This document shows, one piece after another, positions 36,663-46,982 of a stretch of DNA of 64,000 nt. The stretch spans positions 974 to 64,973 of the forward strand of contig JAIXZE010000093.1 in the NCBI GenBank assembly GCA_027489875.1, written 5' to 3'. Source of the stretch: Verrucomicrobiales bacterium (GTDB taxonomy: Bacteria > Verrucomicrobiota > Verrucomicrobiia > Limisphaerales > UBA9464). Each line of letters begins with the position of its first letter. Position 1 is the stretch's first letter. The position numbers were made by a program, and so were the translations under genes. The notes under the pieces are model-generated. The model ran no database searches. It was given only the letters and a program-made list of their open reading frames with translations, and was not told the DNA's origin.

Positions 36663-38804
36663 TCAGGGGATGGAATCCCGCCGAGTTGCGCTGTCCGCTT
36701 CCCAGTTGCCAATGGACGCGATCGTAGTGTTGGCGTTGAGCACCTCTGCGACTGCTTGGTCATCGAAGAGGCGTTCGGCGACGATGGATCGTGCGATCAA
36801 CTCGGGAAGCACGTCGCCAAACTTGAGAGCGTCCAGAGCTTCCGCAGAGGCGTGATCGGGGGAGAAACCGACCCCGTCTTTCCGGATCCGATCGAGGGCC
36901 ATCTCGAAGTTTGGCCTGTTCGTGGTGAGGTCCAACTTCAGTCCGCTGTTGGAACACCCATCGCAGCCCTGCTGCCTCAGTGCGATCTGAAGGACGTCGT
37001 TGGCCTTGGTGCCTCCGAAGGTCCACCACTCGGTTGCATCCGTCCCGGATACCCTCAACACCGAGCCCTCGATGGGCACCCAGGCAAACTCCTCGCGGAT
37101 GCGCTGGAGAGCCTGTTCGCCCCGGCGCGACAATCCTTGGGGAACCGTGTCGGTTGCCAACGTGCGCTGGATCGATCGAGCGAGCTGGAATCCAAGGTCG
37201 CCGGCACCACCACTCCACCGCGTGGTTGCCTTTCCGACACTCGGCTCGACGAATGCCTTCCGTCCACGCCAGTCCACATGCAGCACCCTCCAGGCCTGCC
37301 CCCCGAGCGCCAGGTGCCGATCGTTGGTCTCGCGATTCATGAAGTTGGACTGATCGACGACGCCGATCTCCCTTTGACCATGGAGCATGGTAAAGACGGG
37401 CGCAGCGGTGAATACGGAGAGCAATTCCGAGAAATGGCGGTAACCGTATTCTTCCTCTCCACGACGGCCGATGTGGAGGATCCCTTGGTCCTCCTGAAGG
37501 ACGGCATTCCCCAGCAGGTGCACAATGATCGACTCCAAGAGATCCTCGCCGGCTTCACGGAACGGCGGAAGCCGTAGGAGCCAGGGCTGCCAGGCTGCGC
37601 GTCCGATGCCCCCCTCCTGGAGGCAGAGCGCCATCAGTTGTTGGGCGAAGAGGTGGAGAGGCTTTGCGGGTGGTTGGATGGGTTCAACGAAGCCCGTACG
37701 CCATAACTCGCCCAACGCCACCCCTTGCACCAAGGCGTCGTCCGAAGTGGCGAGGAACAGACAGTTTCGACGCGAGCCGGGCCGCCGTCCGGTTCTCCCG
37801 ATCCGCTGGAGGAACGAGGCGACCCGGCGGGGCGAGTCGATCTGGATGACCCGGTCCAGATCGCCGACGTCAATTCCCAGTTCCAGCGTGCTGGTAGCGA
37901 CGATGACGCAGTCCTGGGAGGCGGCGAAGGCGGCTTCGGTCTGCCTCCGTTCGTCGACGCTGAGCGAGCTGTGCGAAAGAAAAGTTCGGATGCCGAGGCC
38001 ATTGAGTGCATTGCCGAGGCGTTCGACCTTCGAACGGGAGTCACAGAAGACGAGCCGCTTTTCTCCTCGATGCAACCGCGAGATGACGATTGCGGCGTTG
38101 TCGAGGCTTCCCACGAAGTCGATTTCAACCAGGGGAGCACCCGTGGTGGAGGCGGGGGCGGACACCACCTCGCGATGACCGGGGGCGTGACCTGCGAACC
38201 ATTCAAGGAGCTGTTCGGGGTTGCCCACGGTGGCCGAGAGCCCAATGCGTTGCGGTTCGGTCGGGCTCAGGCGGGTCACCCGTTCGAGGACCGCCAGCAG
38301 GTGCCAACCGCGATCGTCTCCGGCGAAGGCATGGATCTCGTCGACGACGATGGCTCGAACCCCGCTGAAGAACGTCCGGTGATCCACCCGGCGCGAGACC
38401 AGCATGGCCTCGATGGATTCCGGGGTGGTCAACAGGCAGTCCGGGGGGCGCTTGAGGATGCGGCCACGGCGCGCCTGCTGGACGTCGCCGTGCCACAGCT
38501 CACAGGTCCGGCCAAACAACCGGAGGTAGGCCTCGACTCGCGTGTGGAGGTTGTTCAGGAGTGCCTTGAGGGGGCAGATGTAGAGGATGCTCGTGTCCTT
38601 CCAGTTCTCGGTTAGCATCCGGGACAGCAGGGGAAAGATGGCCGATTCCGTTTTCCCGCCTGCTGTCGGCGCGAGCAGCAGGCAGTGGGATCCTCGTAGC
38701 ACCGGTTCGATGCTCAACTCCTGAAGCGGACGCAGTTCACGCCAACCGAGGGAATTGACGATGTGGTGCTGGAGCGACGGATGGAGGAGGTCGAAGGCAC
38801 TCAC
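36663..38804 (-). CDS. brxHI: BREX type 2 Lhr-like DEAD/DEAH-box helicase
   Basis: Motif I is 'LLLAPTAGGKTE' and motif II is 'VVDEIH'; 'TSTLELGIDVG' and 'QRIGRTGR' are also present. A GTG start at 38804 forms a 4-bp overlap with the brxD stop. It occupies the last position in a pglZ-brxD-helicase operon. Confidence 0.8.
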   Translation of the reverse strand: MSAFDLLHPSLQHHIVNSLGWRELRPLQELSIEPVLRGSHCLLLAPTAGGKTESAIFPLLSRMLTENWKDTSILYICPLKALLNNLHTRVEAYLRLFGRTCELWHGDVQQARRGRILKRPPDCLLTTPESIEAMLVSRRVDHRTFFSGVRAIVVDEIHAFAGDDRGWHLLAVLERVTRLSPTEPQRIGLSATVGNPEQLLEWFAGHAPGHREVVSAPASTTGAPLVEIDFVGSLDNAAIVISRLHRGEKRLVFCDSRSKVERLGNALNGLGIRTFLSHSSLSVDERRQTEAAFAASQDCVIVATSTLELGIDVGDLDRVIQIDSPRRVASFLQRIGRTGRRPGSRRNCLFLATSDDALVQGVALGELWRTGFVEPIQPPAKPLHLFAQQLMALCLQEGGIGRAAWQPWLLRLPPFREAGEDLLESIIVHLLGNAVLQEDQGILHIGRRGEEEYGYRHFSELLSVFTAAPVFTMLHGQREIGVVDQSNFMNRETNDRHLALGGQAWRVLHVDWRGRKAFVEPSVGKATTRWSGGAGDLGFQLARSIQRTLATDTVPQGLSRRGEQALQRIREEFAWVPIEGSVLRVSGTDATEWWTFGGTKANDVLQIALRQQGCDGCSNSGLKLDLTTNRPNFEMALDRIRKDGVGFSPDHASAEALDALKFGDVLPELIARSIVAERLFDDQAVAEVLNANTTIASIGNWEADSATRRDSIP

Positions 38805-40114
38805 AATTGCAGTCGGATGTCATCCACCGACACGACTCCAGCCGCTGCCTGTTCCGTGTCGTTCAGCTCGTGCGCCGTCAGGGTGAGTGAGTAGTCCCGC
38901 CTTGGATCGAAATCCGGAAACTCCTCGATCCGGTCAAGGACATCGCCCACGAGCTTCTTGAGGAACAGGCGCGGGGCGACGCCGACCTTTCCGCCAAGCT
39001 TTCCTGCGAGGCTGCCGGCGAGCGTTCGCAGAAGCGCTTCATCCGCCACCGACCGGATGCGATCGGGCGCTTTCGACCCGGCGGCGAAGACGTCGCGGAC
39101 CCGGGTACCCACTTCAACGAGGGAATCGAGGGAGAAGGCGTTGAGCCGGACCTGGACGGCGCGGGGGTTGTCGAAGCGGCTTTCGGTGTTGAAGTCGACG
39201 TGCAGGCGCTGTGCGAGCGGTGGGAGTCGCTGGATCCCCTGCGGCCCGTCGTAGAAGGCCGGTGTGCCGGTGACGACCAGATAAAGTCCCGGGAAGCGAC
39301 CCGCGTCGACCTCGTCGATTAGTTGGCGGAGGGCGTTCAGAGCCTTCTCGCGGACATCGCCTCGAACTCGTTGCAACGTCTCGACCTCGTCGAGGACCAC
39401 GAGGAGTCCAGGAACGCCTGAGTCGCGCAGCAGGGCTAGCAGGCCCTGGAGGAAGCCCAGGGCCGCGAAATGATCCACTTCGCCCCGGACACCGGCAGCG
39501 CGTTTGGCCTCGGCTCCGACGGACGGTTGCCCGGCGATCCACGCCAGAATTCCCTCGGCAATCCGTGGATCCTTTCCGGTCACTGCGCGCCGGTAGGCGC
39601 GGAGGGCCAGACCAAACATGGGCGCGGTGCGACCCACGGTCTGGAGGCGCTGCTCGATCAATGCATCCGTGCGGGCGACCAGCTCCTCTTCCCCGATGGG
39701 TTGTGGGCCGGCGAGGATGTCTTCCTCCAGGACGTAGAACCAGTTGTCGACGATGCTTCGGAATGCCCCCTGATCCGAGTCGGAGGTCCGGAGCCGTTCG
39801 ATGAGCCGCCGATAGACGGTTTCGAGACGGTTCAGCGGGGTTTCGGTCTCGGAGATCTGGACCTCGCTGACGGCGAATCCGCGTTGGAGGGCCTCGCTCT
39901 GAAGCCAGCGCGCGAAGAAGGTCTTTCCACAACCGTAATCACCGCGGATGGCCTTGAAGCAGGCACCTCCGCTGGCCACCCGGTCCAATTCCTCCCGGAC
40001 GGCTCCGTCGAATCGACCCAGGCCAACGGCGAGTGTGTCGAGGCCTGCGCGTGGGACGGTTCCGCGGCGGAGGGCGTCGAGGATCTCACTGCGTCTCTGG
40101 GGACTCACGTTCAT
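38801..40114 (-). CDS. brxD: BREX system ATP-binding protein BrxD (DUF2791-like)
   Basis: 'LRRGTVPRAGLDTLAVGLGRF', the Walker A-like 'IRGDYGCGKTFFARWL' and the Walker B-like 'GLLVVLDEVE' are present. An ATGA overlap joins it to the pglZ stop. Confidence 0.8.
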   Translation of the reverse strand: MNVSPQRRSEILDALRRGTVPRAGLDTLAVGLGRFDGAVREELDRVASGGACFKAIRGDYGCGKTFFARWLQSEALQRGFAVSEVQISETETPLNRLETVYRRLIERLRTSDSDQGAFRSIVDNWFYVLEEDILAGPQPIGEEELVARTDALIEQRLQTVGRTAPMFGLALRAYRRAVTGKDPRIAEGILAWIAGQPSVGAEAKRAAGVRGEVDHFAALGFLQGLLALLRDSGVPGLLVVLDEVETLQRVRGDVREKALNALRQLIDEVDAGRFPGLYLVVTGTPAFYDGPQGIQRLPPLAQRLHVDFNTESRFDNPRAVQVRLNAFSLDSLVEVGTRVRDVFAAGSKAPDRIRSVADEALLRTLAGSLAGKLGGKVGVAPRLFLKKLVGDVLDRIEEFPDFDPRRDYSLTLTAHELNDTEQAAAGVVSVDDIRLQL

Positions 40115-42756
40115 GACTTGGAGAGGTCGAACTGGGTCTTCAGGAGGTCCACGTTCAGACGGACGGTGTTGGACGCCTCGTCGACAGAGATCACCGCATA
40201 CCCCTCCAGGTTGAGGACGCGTCGCAGGCCGGCGAGGAATCCCCCCATGCGGAAAACCGGCATTCCGATCCGACCCGCGAGGGCTTCGACCAGGAGGGCT
40301 CCACCGCGTTCGTCGAGCGCGACCAGGGTCTGACGGATGAGCTCAATGGAAGGGGCTCCTCGGCCAATCCTCGTGTGTTGCTCTTGGAAGAGGGCGCTGG
40401 CGAGGAGTTGGGTGTGCCAAGGCTGGCACGTTGTGGCCGCGGTCGGCGTCTGGAACAAGGGGAGATCGGGTTGGGGTTCCCTTGCCTTGGCGCGGTTCGG
40501 GCGGGGCAGGGATGGCGCGACCGGAGTTGCCGCGGGAGGCAGGGAGCCAGTCCACCAGTCCGGTACTGGATCGGAGGCGGGCACCCATCCGGCTGGGATC
40601 GAAAGGTCGCGGGCAAGCACCACCACGGGAACCAGCATCTCCTGGGGGCTGATGCCTCCGTGATAGCCGTTCTTTCGCTGGGTATAGATCGCCCGTTCGC
40701 TCCAGAGTGCGATGCATCGCCCCTGCGACAGCGGGGCCACCCGTCGGCCTCGCAATTCCAACTCCAGGTCGCAAGGCGGTGCGTCTCCGAGACGGAAGCG
40801 ATCCCGTCCGTCCCCTTTCAGCAGGGTGGATTCGGATTCCAGCATGTGCCCGTGGTCCGCAGTGAGGACGACCACGCGGTCGGTGAATCCGGCCATGGTC
40901 AGCAATTGCTGGAGCAGGGGAATCCGTTCGAGCGACCAGGAGACGCTCAGTTGCTCGCCCTTGAGAAGGTGGTCGTCCACGGCGTTGAGGACGATGCCGA
41001 CCAAGGGCAGCTCTCCTTCGAGGGCGGATCGGACTTCGTTCGAAAGACCCACATCTCCGGCCTGGGTCACGTCGCCCTTGAGGAACAGCACAGGAGATCG
41101 TGCGCCCCGGTAATCCGAAAGGGCCGGGTGATTCGCGAACAGGAGCTTTTCTCCCTGGGAGCCGATGGCTCCGTCGAGGCCACCGAGAAGCAAGCGCCGG
41201 GTCCATTCCGTCACGGACGGAATTCCCGCCATGCCAATGGCTGCGTGGTTTCCGGATTGGGGTTCGAGGGCGCTGAGGCCGGACTGCTGGATCGAGGGCA
41301 TCAGTTCCCGGAACACCGCCAGGCTGAGTCCGTCCACCACGATGAAGAGCACGCGTTCCTGCTGGGCGAGCAATGGCGCGACCACGGAGGGAATCACGTC
41401 CTCGACCCCAGCGAGGCCCTGGAGCGAATCCACGGCGGTGTTGCTGGCCAGGGCCGTGGCGAAGGCGCGGTTCTGGTGTTCGCGTTGCAGTCCGACCCGT
41501 CGGACGATGTCCCCATAGACACGGCTCAGGGCCGGGCACGAATCCCCGTGGTGGAGGGCGTGCCGTGCCCAGTCCACGAACGAACCCACCCGGCAGTAGT
41601 CCTCGGCCAGACGGGCAAGTCCCTCGAAAGATCCCGGGACAGGAAGGGCAAGCCAGCGACACAGTCGGACCGCCATCAAGGCCCTTTGGCGTCGCTCGGC
41701 CTGCATGCCGACGAGCCGATGTTCCTCGATGGATCCGAAGGCGGAATCGAGTGCGGCCAAGGAATCGTGATCGGGTTGTTGCACCCCGCGTTCGAGGGAT
41801 TGGGCGAGTGCCTCGAAGCGACGCTCCAGTCCGGTCGGTGAGTAGTGCGACTCCACCTGGAAGGACTCGATGCGAAGCTGGTGAAACAGCTGGTCCAGGG
41901 TTTCGAGGTCATGACGCGCCCCATCGCCCGGCAATTGACGGTCGACCACGTTTGCCGCGGCGGTGGCCAGTTGGCTTGCTTCGGCGGCGCTTGGCACTCG
42001 GCTTCCGTAGAACTGCTCCAGCCGGCCTTGCGCGGTGGCCAATGCGGAGGGCACGTCCCGCCGGAAGACGATTCCCGAGATCAATCCGAGGGCGACGGCC
42101 GAGACGGGCTGGGCACTGTTCATGACGGCGATCACACCGGATGCCGCGGAACCGGCGGTGCGCCCCAACCACGACTCGAATCGTGCCATGGCCAGCGGTC
42201 CGAGTGCCCGGAGGCGCGCGGCATGGGCGGGATCCCGGCTCCATTCGAGCACTTGCGCCAGATCGGGGCGTCCGCTGGGGAAGCCCATGACCCGTCGCAG
42301 GAAGGCCTCAATGGCCGTGTCTTCGTCGAGTCGGCCCCCGGGCACCGGCGGGTAGGCTTCGGTCGCAGCGGCCTCGACCAGCAGCTCCGCCAGCCAGAGT
42401 TGGTTCCGGAGGCGTGGATCAATGTCCTTGGCCCGGAAGAGATGTCGGAACATCTCGCTGCTGCTGAGCGGCAGCACCCGTCGCCTGGCCAGACGGGCAC
42501 GGAGGTCTTCTCCGAGTTCATTGTCCTCCCGGGCCGTCAACAGGACGACGGGGACCTGGCTGCGGTCCGCCTCCACCACCGCTTCCCGTAGGGCCAGTTC
42601 GGAGTCGGAGGCAAAAATCCGATGGGCCCGCCCGCGGATGTTCACGGAGTCCGGCCCGGTCCACTGACTGGTCACCTTCAAGGCGAAGGCAGACGCTTCG
42701 GGGCACTTGTCGTAAAGCGCCTCCACGTGGGCTCGGATCTGTTGTGGCGTCAGCAT
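40111..42756 (-). CDS. pglZ: BREX alkaline-phosphatase-superfamily protein PglZ
   Basis: 'VLFIVVDGLSLAVFREL' and 'VVVLTADHGHMLE' are PglZ-domain hallmarks. The start ATG is at 42756 ('MLTPQQIRAHVEALYD'), 8 nt after the pglY stop. Confidence 0.85.
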   Translation of the reverse strand: MLTPQQIRAHVEALYDKCPEASAFALKVTSQWTGPDSVNIRGRAHRIFASDSELALREAVVEADRSQVPVVLLTAREDNELGEDLRARLARRRVLPLSSSEMFRHLFRAKDIDPRLRNQLWLAELLVEAAATEAYPPVPGGRLDEDTAIEAFLRRVMGFPSGRPDLAQVLEWSRDPAHAARLRALGPLAMARFESWLGRTAGSAASGVIAVMNSAQPVSAVALGLISGIVFRRDVPSALATAQGRLEQFYGSRVPSAAEASQLATAAANVVDRQLPGDGARHDLETLDQLFHQLRIESFQVESHYSPTGLERRFEALAQSLERGVQQPDHDSLAALDSAFGSIEEHRLVGMQAERRQRALMAVRLCRWLALPVPGSFEGLARLAEDYCRVGSFVDWARHALHHGDSCPALSRVYGDIVRRVGLQREHQNRAFATALASNTAVDSLQGLAGVEDVIPSVVAPLLAQQERVLFIVVDGLSLAVFRELMPSIQQSGLSALEPQSGNHAAIGMAGIPSVTEWTRRLLLGGLDGAIGSQGEKLLFANHPALSDYRGARSPVLFLKGDVTQAGDVGLSNEVRSALEGELPLVGIVLNAVDDHLLKGEQLSVSWSLERIPLLQQLLTMAGFTDRVVVLTADHGHMLESESTLLKGDGRDRFRLGDAPPCDLELELRGRRVAPLSQGRCIALWSERAIYTQRKNGYHGGISPQEMLVPVVVLARDLSIPAGWVPASDPVPDWWTGSLPPAATPVAPSLPRPNRAKAREPQPDLPLFQTPTAATTCQPWHTQLLASALFQEQHTRIGRGAPSIELIRQTLVALDERGGALLVEALAGRIGMPVFRMGGFLAGLRRVLNLEGYAVISVDEASNTVRLNVDLLKTQFDLSKS

Positions 42757-42764
42757 GGCAATGG

Positions 42765-45700
42765 CTAGCCGCCAAGATGGTCCGGCTCCACATCGAGGTG
42801 GAGCTGGGTACCCGCGACACGGATCCAACCTTCGCGAAGATTGACGGTTGCCGACGGGTCCGCGTGGAGGAGCGCATGCAGCGTCGGGGTCACCACCACC
42901 ATGTTCGCCCATCCGGTGCCGCCACCCTGGTGGAGGGGCGTGATGAAGTGCACCTCAAGGACGTTCCTCAGATGTCCGGGCTCGATTCCGCTGAAGCCAA
43001 CGTCCTCCTTCGCCTGGCTGCGCCCGTAAAGGCTCTTCAGTTGCTCCATCATGACGCGGACGACGTCGAGCGAACCTGGGTTGTTCGCGCATCGGGCCTC
43101 GAGTTCGAGGCTGTCATCGGGGCTCCAGGGAACCCTCTTCTGGCTTGTCGCAGGCGTGACGACTGGAACTGGGGCCGGAACCGGTACCGGGTCTGTCGTG
43201 CTGGCCGTCGGTGGGAGGCCTGTGCGGGCCGGCAATGTTCCTGAGGTCGGAACCGGGGGCGGATCGACGGGACGCGGGGCCGGTGGAATCAGTAGGCGGG
43301 TGGCGTCCTTCCCAAGACGTCCGATCTCCGCGGCGAGGTTCAGTTCCAGAGGCCCCTTTTCGAAGGCGGCCCGAAGCTGTTGCCAGATGCCTTCTGCGGC
43401 CGCCTGCCGCTCATCGCGCAACTGCCGGATCCCTTCGAGGATCTCCCAGCCGGTCGACGCCAGGACGGTCGCGTCCTTCTCGGCCGATTTCAGGGCGACC
43501 CCGATCTCCAGCAGCGGGTTGGCCAGCGGGAGACGGGCGAGCGTATCGATCACATCGGCTGCCTTGGCCTGCTGGATCGAAGTCAGGAGCCGTTGTGCCT
43601 CGGCGGTGATGCTGGATCGCCGGGCGGACGTCAGGGCTCCGCCGGCCCAGGGAATGCGTACGATCAGCTCGGAGGCGAGCTTGAGGACATGGGGCAGATA
43701 CCGATCCGCGGCATTCTTCAGTTCCTGCGCGAGCCGGGTGGCATTGCCGGCGTTCCGAACCTGTCCCGTCGCCAGACCGAAGACAGCCTGCGATCGTTCG
43801 ATCGCGATCGCCCAATCCGCTTCGGTCGGCAGGCGTTGCTCGCGCACCTCGATCTCGGGTCGCAGCTTTCCTGGCTCGCTCGCGATGGGCGCTCCGTGCA
43901 GCACGAAAAGCCGGTCGGTCTGGCGGGCGTAGGTGAGGATGATGAGGTCCATCAACTCCTCGGCCAATCCCATGGGCTGGGGCTCGTTGATCCACTGCCG
44001 GAGTCGACCGACGGTGATTGCCCCGCCGTGTTGGGCCTCGCGCTGCTGGAAATGGTTCTTCCAGTGGTTGCCGAGGACCATGTGGGTTTCGCCTGTGGTG
44101 GCGAGCTTGAGGGGTTCGACGACCTGGCGGAGCTCCTTGCGCACGGAGGATTCCACCGCCACGCGCCCTTCGGGCGATTGCGCCGCCCGTTCCAGCTCTC
44201 CCCAGACGCGCCGCACCGAGGCTCCGCTGGTCCGGGTTTCGATGTCGAAGAGTGGGTGTCCCGGGAACTGGGAGGCGAGGGCCCGGTCGAGGATCTGTTC
44301 CGCGGCCGAGCGGAGGTTGGCGGCTGCCGGAATGTCGGGCTGGAACGTGGGATCGAGCGAAACAATCTGTTCGTCCGGGGCGAGCGAGTGGGTGGTGTCG
44401 AGGGCGTGACGGTCCGACCCGATGCCGTAGGCGGCGTCGAGGTAGCTCTTCACCCGCATGCGCAGGGCGCTTCGCTGGTTGTCGAGGAGGGTCCGGGCCT
44501 GGTTGCGATCCACGGCGGACAGGTGGCTGGCGTAGGTGTCCAGCCGGTTGCCGGACAGGATGTGGTCATGCAGGACCAAATGGCCGAGTTCCCGTTTGGC
44601 CGCATGGCTCAGGAACGACGGCAGCCACACCACGGTCCTGGCCCCGTGAAGCGTTCGGCTCTTGAACTCCTGCAGCCGCCGCTCGTCGTCGCGGGGGCCG
44701 CGTCCGGGCTCGGGGTCGAAGGGGAAGTCGATGATCAGCTTCCACTCCGCGCCGTCATTGGCGAGCGTCTCATCGGTGGCCTCCCGGGCGTTCAGGAAAT
44801 TGATCTGGCACTGCCGTCGACTGGCCCTCCAGGTGAAGGCGTGGGTGATCCAGAAGTCGTTCCCCTGCGGGAATCCCATCATCTCATAGACGAGTTCCTT
44901 CACCTTGCGGATCTGGTTGCCCGCGTTGTCCTCGACCGCCGCCCCCCGGAGGATGCCGTCCAGGTCGACTGCGGCCAGTTGGACGGAGACGGTCTGGTTC
45001 GCTGGTTCCTCACCAAGACGGATCTGCCCGATCGAAGCCGCCCACTTGCGGAGCGTGTTGAACACCATCTGGCCCTCCCGTCCCGGGATTGGCGTCTTGA
45101 TGGTGCCGTGATTGAGGGCAGCCAGACGATTCACGGTCATCGCCTTGAACGATTCCACCTCCGGCGCGAGCGCCGACAGCAGCAGGGTCTTCGCGATGCG
45201 GTCGTCACGCCGGAAGGCCGCTCCTCGGGAATCTTCGACGGGCAGGGCGAGGACCTCGTCCTTGCGCAGGCCGTGCTCCTGCTCGATGAGGGGGAGGAAC
45301 TTGGTGAGATAGAGTTTCCGGGCGTGTTCGAAATGCTCCTTCAGCGCCTGACTCAGCGGCTGGCTGTCACTGAGAAGGATATCGAAAAGATCCCCCACCG
45401 GAACGATGTCCCCGAGCACCAGCCGGTCCTGTTGCTCGACCAGCAGCTGGAACATGATCTTGAGGGCCGTCCGCTCCCGTTGGAGGAGTGCGGAGAGCGC
45501 CACCAGGGTCTCCATCAGGGCGGGGCTGAATGGGTAGATGCGGTGGAATTCCTCAGGGTTGCCGTGGCTCGTCAGCAGGACGTCGACGACCTCGCGGCGT
45601 ATCCGGCCCGTGTCCCTGAACGCCTGCTCCAGCTGCTGTCGGGCGGCTTCGCTCCGGACCTTGAGCACCCGCTTCTGGGCGATGGTCGTCAGGTCCCGGT

Positions 45701-46745
45701 CGTCGAGCTTGATCACCGAAAACCGCTCCTCCCACCACTGCATCGAACTGCTGAAGGTGACGTACTGGTTGCCCAGCATGTTCTCACCCACCAGCTCGCG
45801 CAGGTCCCGCTGGCGCGCGATGAAGCTGACCAGCGGGATGGGGCGGTCCGCGTTCTGCGCTTCCACCAGCTTGGAGACCAGTTGTCCCTGCCGGGTCACG
45901 AATGTCGGGTCTGCCGCGAACCCGGCCAGCCAGAGGATGAGTTCGTCCAGGAACAGGATGATGGCGTCGTACCCCAGGTCTCGGGCATGCCGGCTGATGA
46001 TCGAGAGGCCCAGATCCAGATCCACGAATTCACCGGTGTCCCGGGCATGCGGGAAGAACACCCGCACCAGGTCGCTGACGAGCCGGGCCCGCCGTTCGTC
46101 GGCGGGCGGGGCCTTCACCACCGCATCAAAGTCAGCCGCCCAGCCGCCCGACATCGTGCCCCAACCGTCGCCCGAGGCACCGGTCCCGCCGAGTTCCTCG
46201 AAGAACTTCGCATCGCCCATCCGGGCGCGGATGCGATTCGCGCTCTCGAGGATTCCCTCGGATCGGTAGACGCCCGGGTGTGGCGCTTCCGGGTGCAGAC
46301 GGGCGACTTGGTCCACGTAGCCGCCCAGGAGCGCCGAGGCCATGTCCCGGGCACCGATCATGTGGTAGGGAACCAGCAGGAAGCGCTTTCCCCGGGCCCA
46401 GTCATGCTTGCCCAGGACGGCCGCAAGCTCCGGACGGCTCCATGCCGTGGCCTCGTGCCGCAGCAGGAGGTTGAGCACGGCCATGAAATGGCTCTTGCCC
46501 GTTCCGAAGCTGCCGTGCAGATACGCACCCTTGCTCGCCTTCCCCGTGATCGCGTCCCGGACCATCCCCAGCGCGGCATCAAAGGACTCCGCCAGCCGGG
46601 GGGTGACGACATAGTCCCGGAGCGTGGCCTCCGGATGCTGGACGCCGTCCGTCAGCTTCAGGACGAAGTCGCCCTGGCGGACCTGCCGCGGCAGGTCGAA
46701 CAGTTGGCTCAGGTAGGTGGGCATGGAAATGGGTGTCAGATGCAA
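42765..46745 (-). CDS. pglY: BREX type 2 P-loop ATPase PglY with a C-terminal Pro-rich linker and Cys-less HNH-like domain
   Basis: 1326 aa. Walker A is 'YLHGSFGTGKSHFMAVLNLLL' and Walker B-like is 'AIILFLDELILWL'. See the findings for the C-terminal tail. The start may be at 46724 ('MPTYLSQLF'). Confidence 0.8.
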   Translation of the reverse strand: MHLTPISMPTYLSQLFDLPRQVRQGDFVLKLTDGVQHPEATLRDYVVTPRLAESFDAALGMVRDAITGKASKGAYLHGSFGTGKSHFMAVLNLLLRHEATAWSRPELAAVLGKHDWARGKRFLLVPYHMIGARDMASALLGGYVDQVARLHPEAPHPGVYRSEGILESANRIRARMGDAKFFEELGGTGASGDGWGTMSGGWAADFDAVVKAPPADERRARLVSDLVRVFFPHARDTGEFVDLDLGLSIISRHARDLGYDAIILFLDELILWLAGFAADPTFVTRQGQLVSKLVEAQNADRPIPLVSFIARQRDLRELVGENMLGNQYVTFSSSMQWWEERFSVIKLDDRDLTTIAQKRVLKVRSEAARQQLEQAFRDTGRIRREVVDVLLTSHGNPEEFHRIYPFSPALMETLVALSALLQRERTALKIMFQLLVEQQDRLVLGDIVPVGDLFDILLSDSQPLSQALKEHFEHARKLYLTKFLPLIEQEHGLRKDEVLALPVEDSRGAAFRRDDRIAKTLLLSALAPEVESFKAMTVNRLAALNHGTIKTPIPGREGQMVFNTLRKWAASIGQIRLGEEPANQTVSVQLAAVDLDGILRGAAVEDNAGNQIRKVKELVYEMMGFPQGNDFWITHAFTWRASRRQCQINFLNAREATDETLANDGAEWKLIIDFPFDPEPGRGPRDDERRLQEFKSRTLHGARTVVWLPSFLSHAAKRELGHLVLHDHILSGNRLDTYASHLSAVDRNQARTLLDNQRSALRMRVKSYLDAAYGIGSDRHALDTTHSLAPDEQIVSLDPTFQPDIPAAANLRSAAEQILDRALASQFPGHPLFDIETRTSGASVRRVWGELERAAQSPEGRVAVESSVRKELRQVVEPLKLATTGETHMVLGNHWKNHFQQREAQHGGAITVGRLRQWINEPQPMGLAEELMDLIILTYARQTDRLFVLHGAPIASEPGKLRPEIEVREQRLPTEADWAIAIERSQAVFGLATGQVRNAGNATRLAQELKNAADRYLPHVLKLASELIVRIPWAGGALTSARRSSITAEAQRLLTSIQQAKAADVIDTLARLPLANPLLEIGVALKSAEKDATVLASTGWEILEGIRQLRDERQAAAEGIWQQLRAAFEKGPLELNLAAEIGRLGKDATRLLIPPAPRPVDPPPVPTSGTLPARTGLPPTASTTDPVPVPAPVPVVTPATSQKRVPWSPDDSLELEARCANNPGSLDVVRVMMEQLKSLYGRSQAKEDVGFSGIEPGHLRNVLEVHFITPLHQGGGTGWANMVVVTPTLHALLHADPSATVNLREGWIRVAGTQLHLDVEPDHLGG

Positions 46746-46982
46746 CGGAGGTCGAGGCGGCCTTCTGGAGCTTTATGGGTTTCCGTTGCAGGGCCCGACC
46801 GCCCCATTCCCTGCCGGGTCCGGACGCGAAGCCGGTTGCGCGGCCTTCTCATCCGAAGGTCTCCTTCCAATGCCTTGGGGCTTGGGCCGTTTCATTCTCA
46901 CCGGAATACGCGAAACGGGCTGGGGACAGCAAGGTTGCGAAGCGGCGATGCACCTCCTTGACCGGTGCCGCGTTGGCTTGCG

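Noticed and set aside
43380-46961. A very long plus-strand ORF (1193 aa) antisense to pglY. Similar antisense ORFs lie at 31686-34151, 9784-11739, 7718-9214, 21274-23187, 55988-57706, 58121-59749 and 24802-26649.
   Set aside because: These are typical shadow ORFs of high-GC genes. Their products are Gly/Asp/Glu/Arg/Val-rich with no motifs. Each fully overlaps an opposite-strand gene with clear family signatures.
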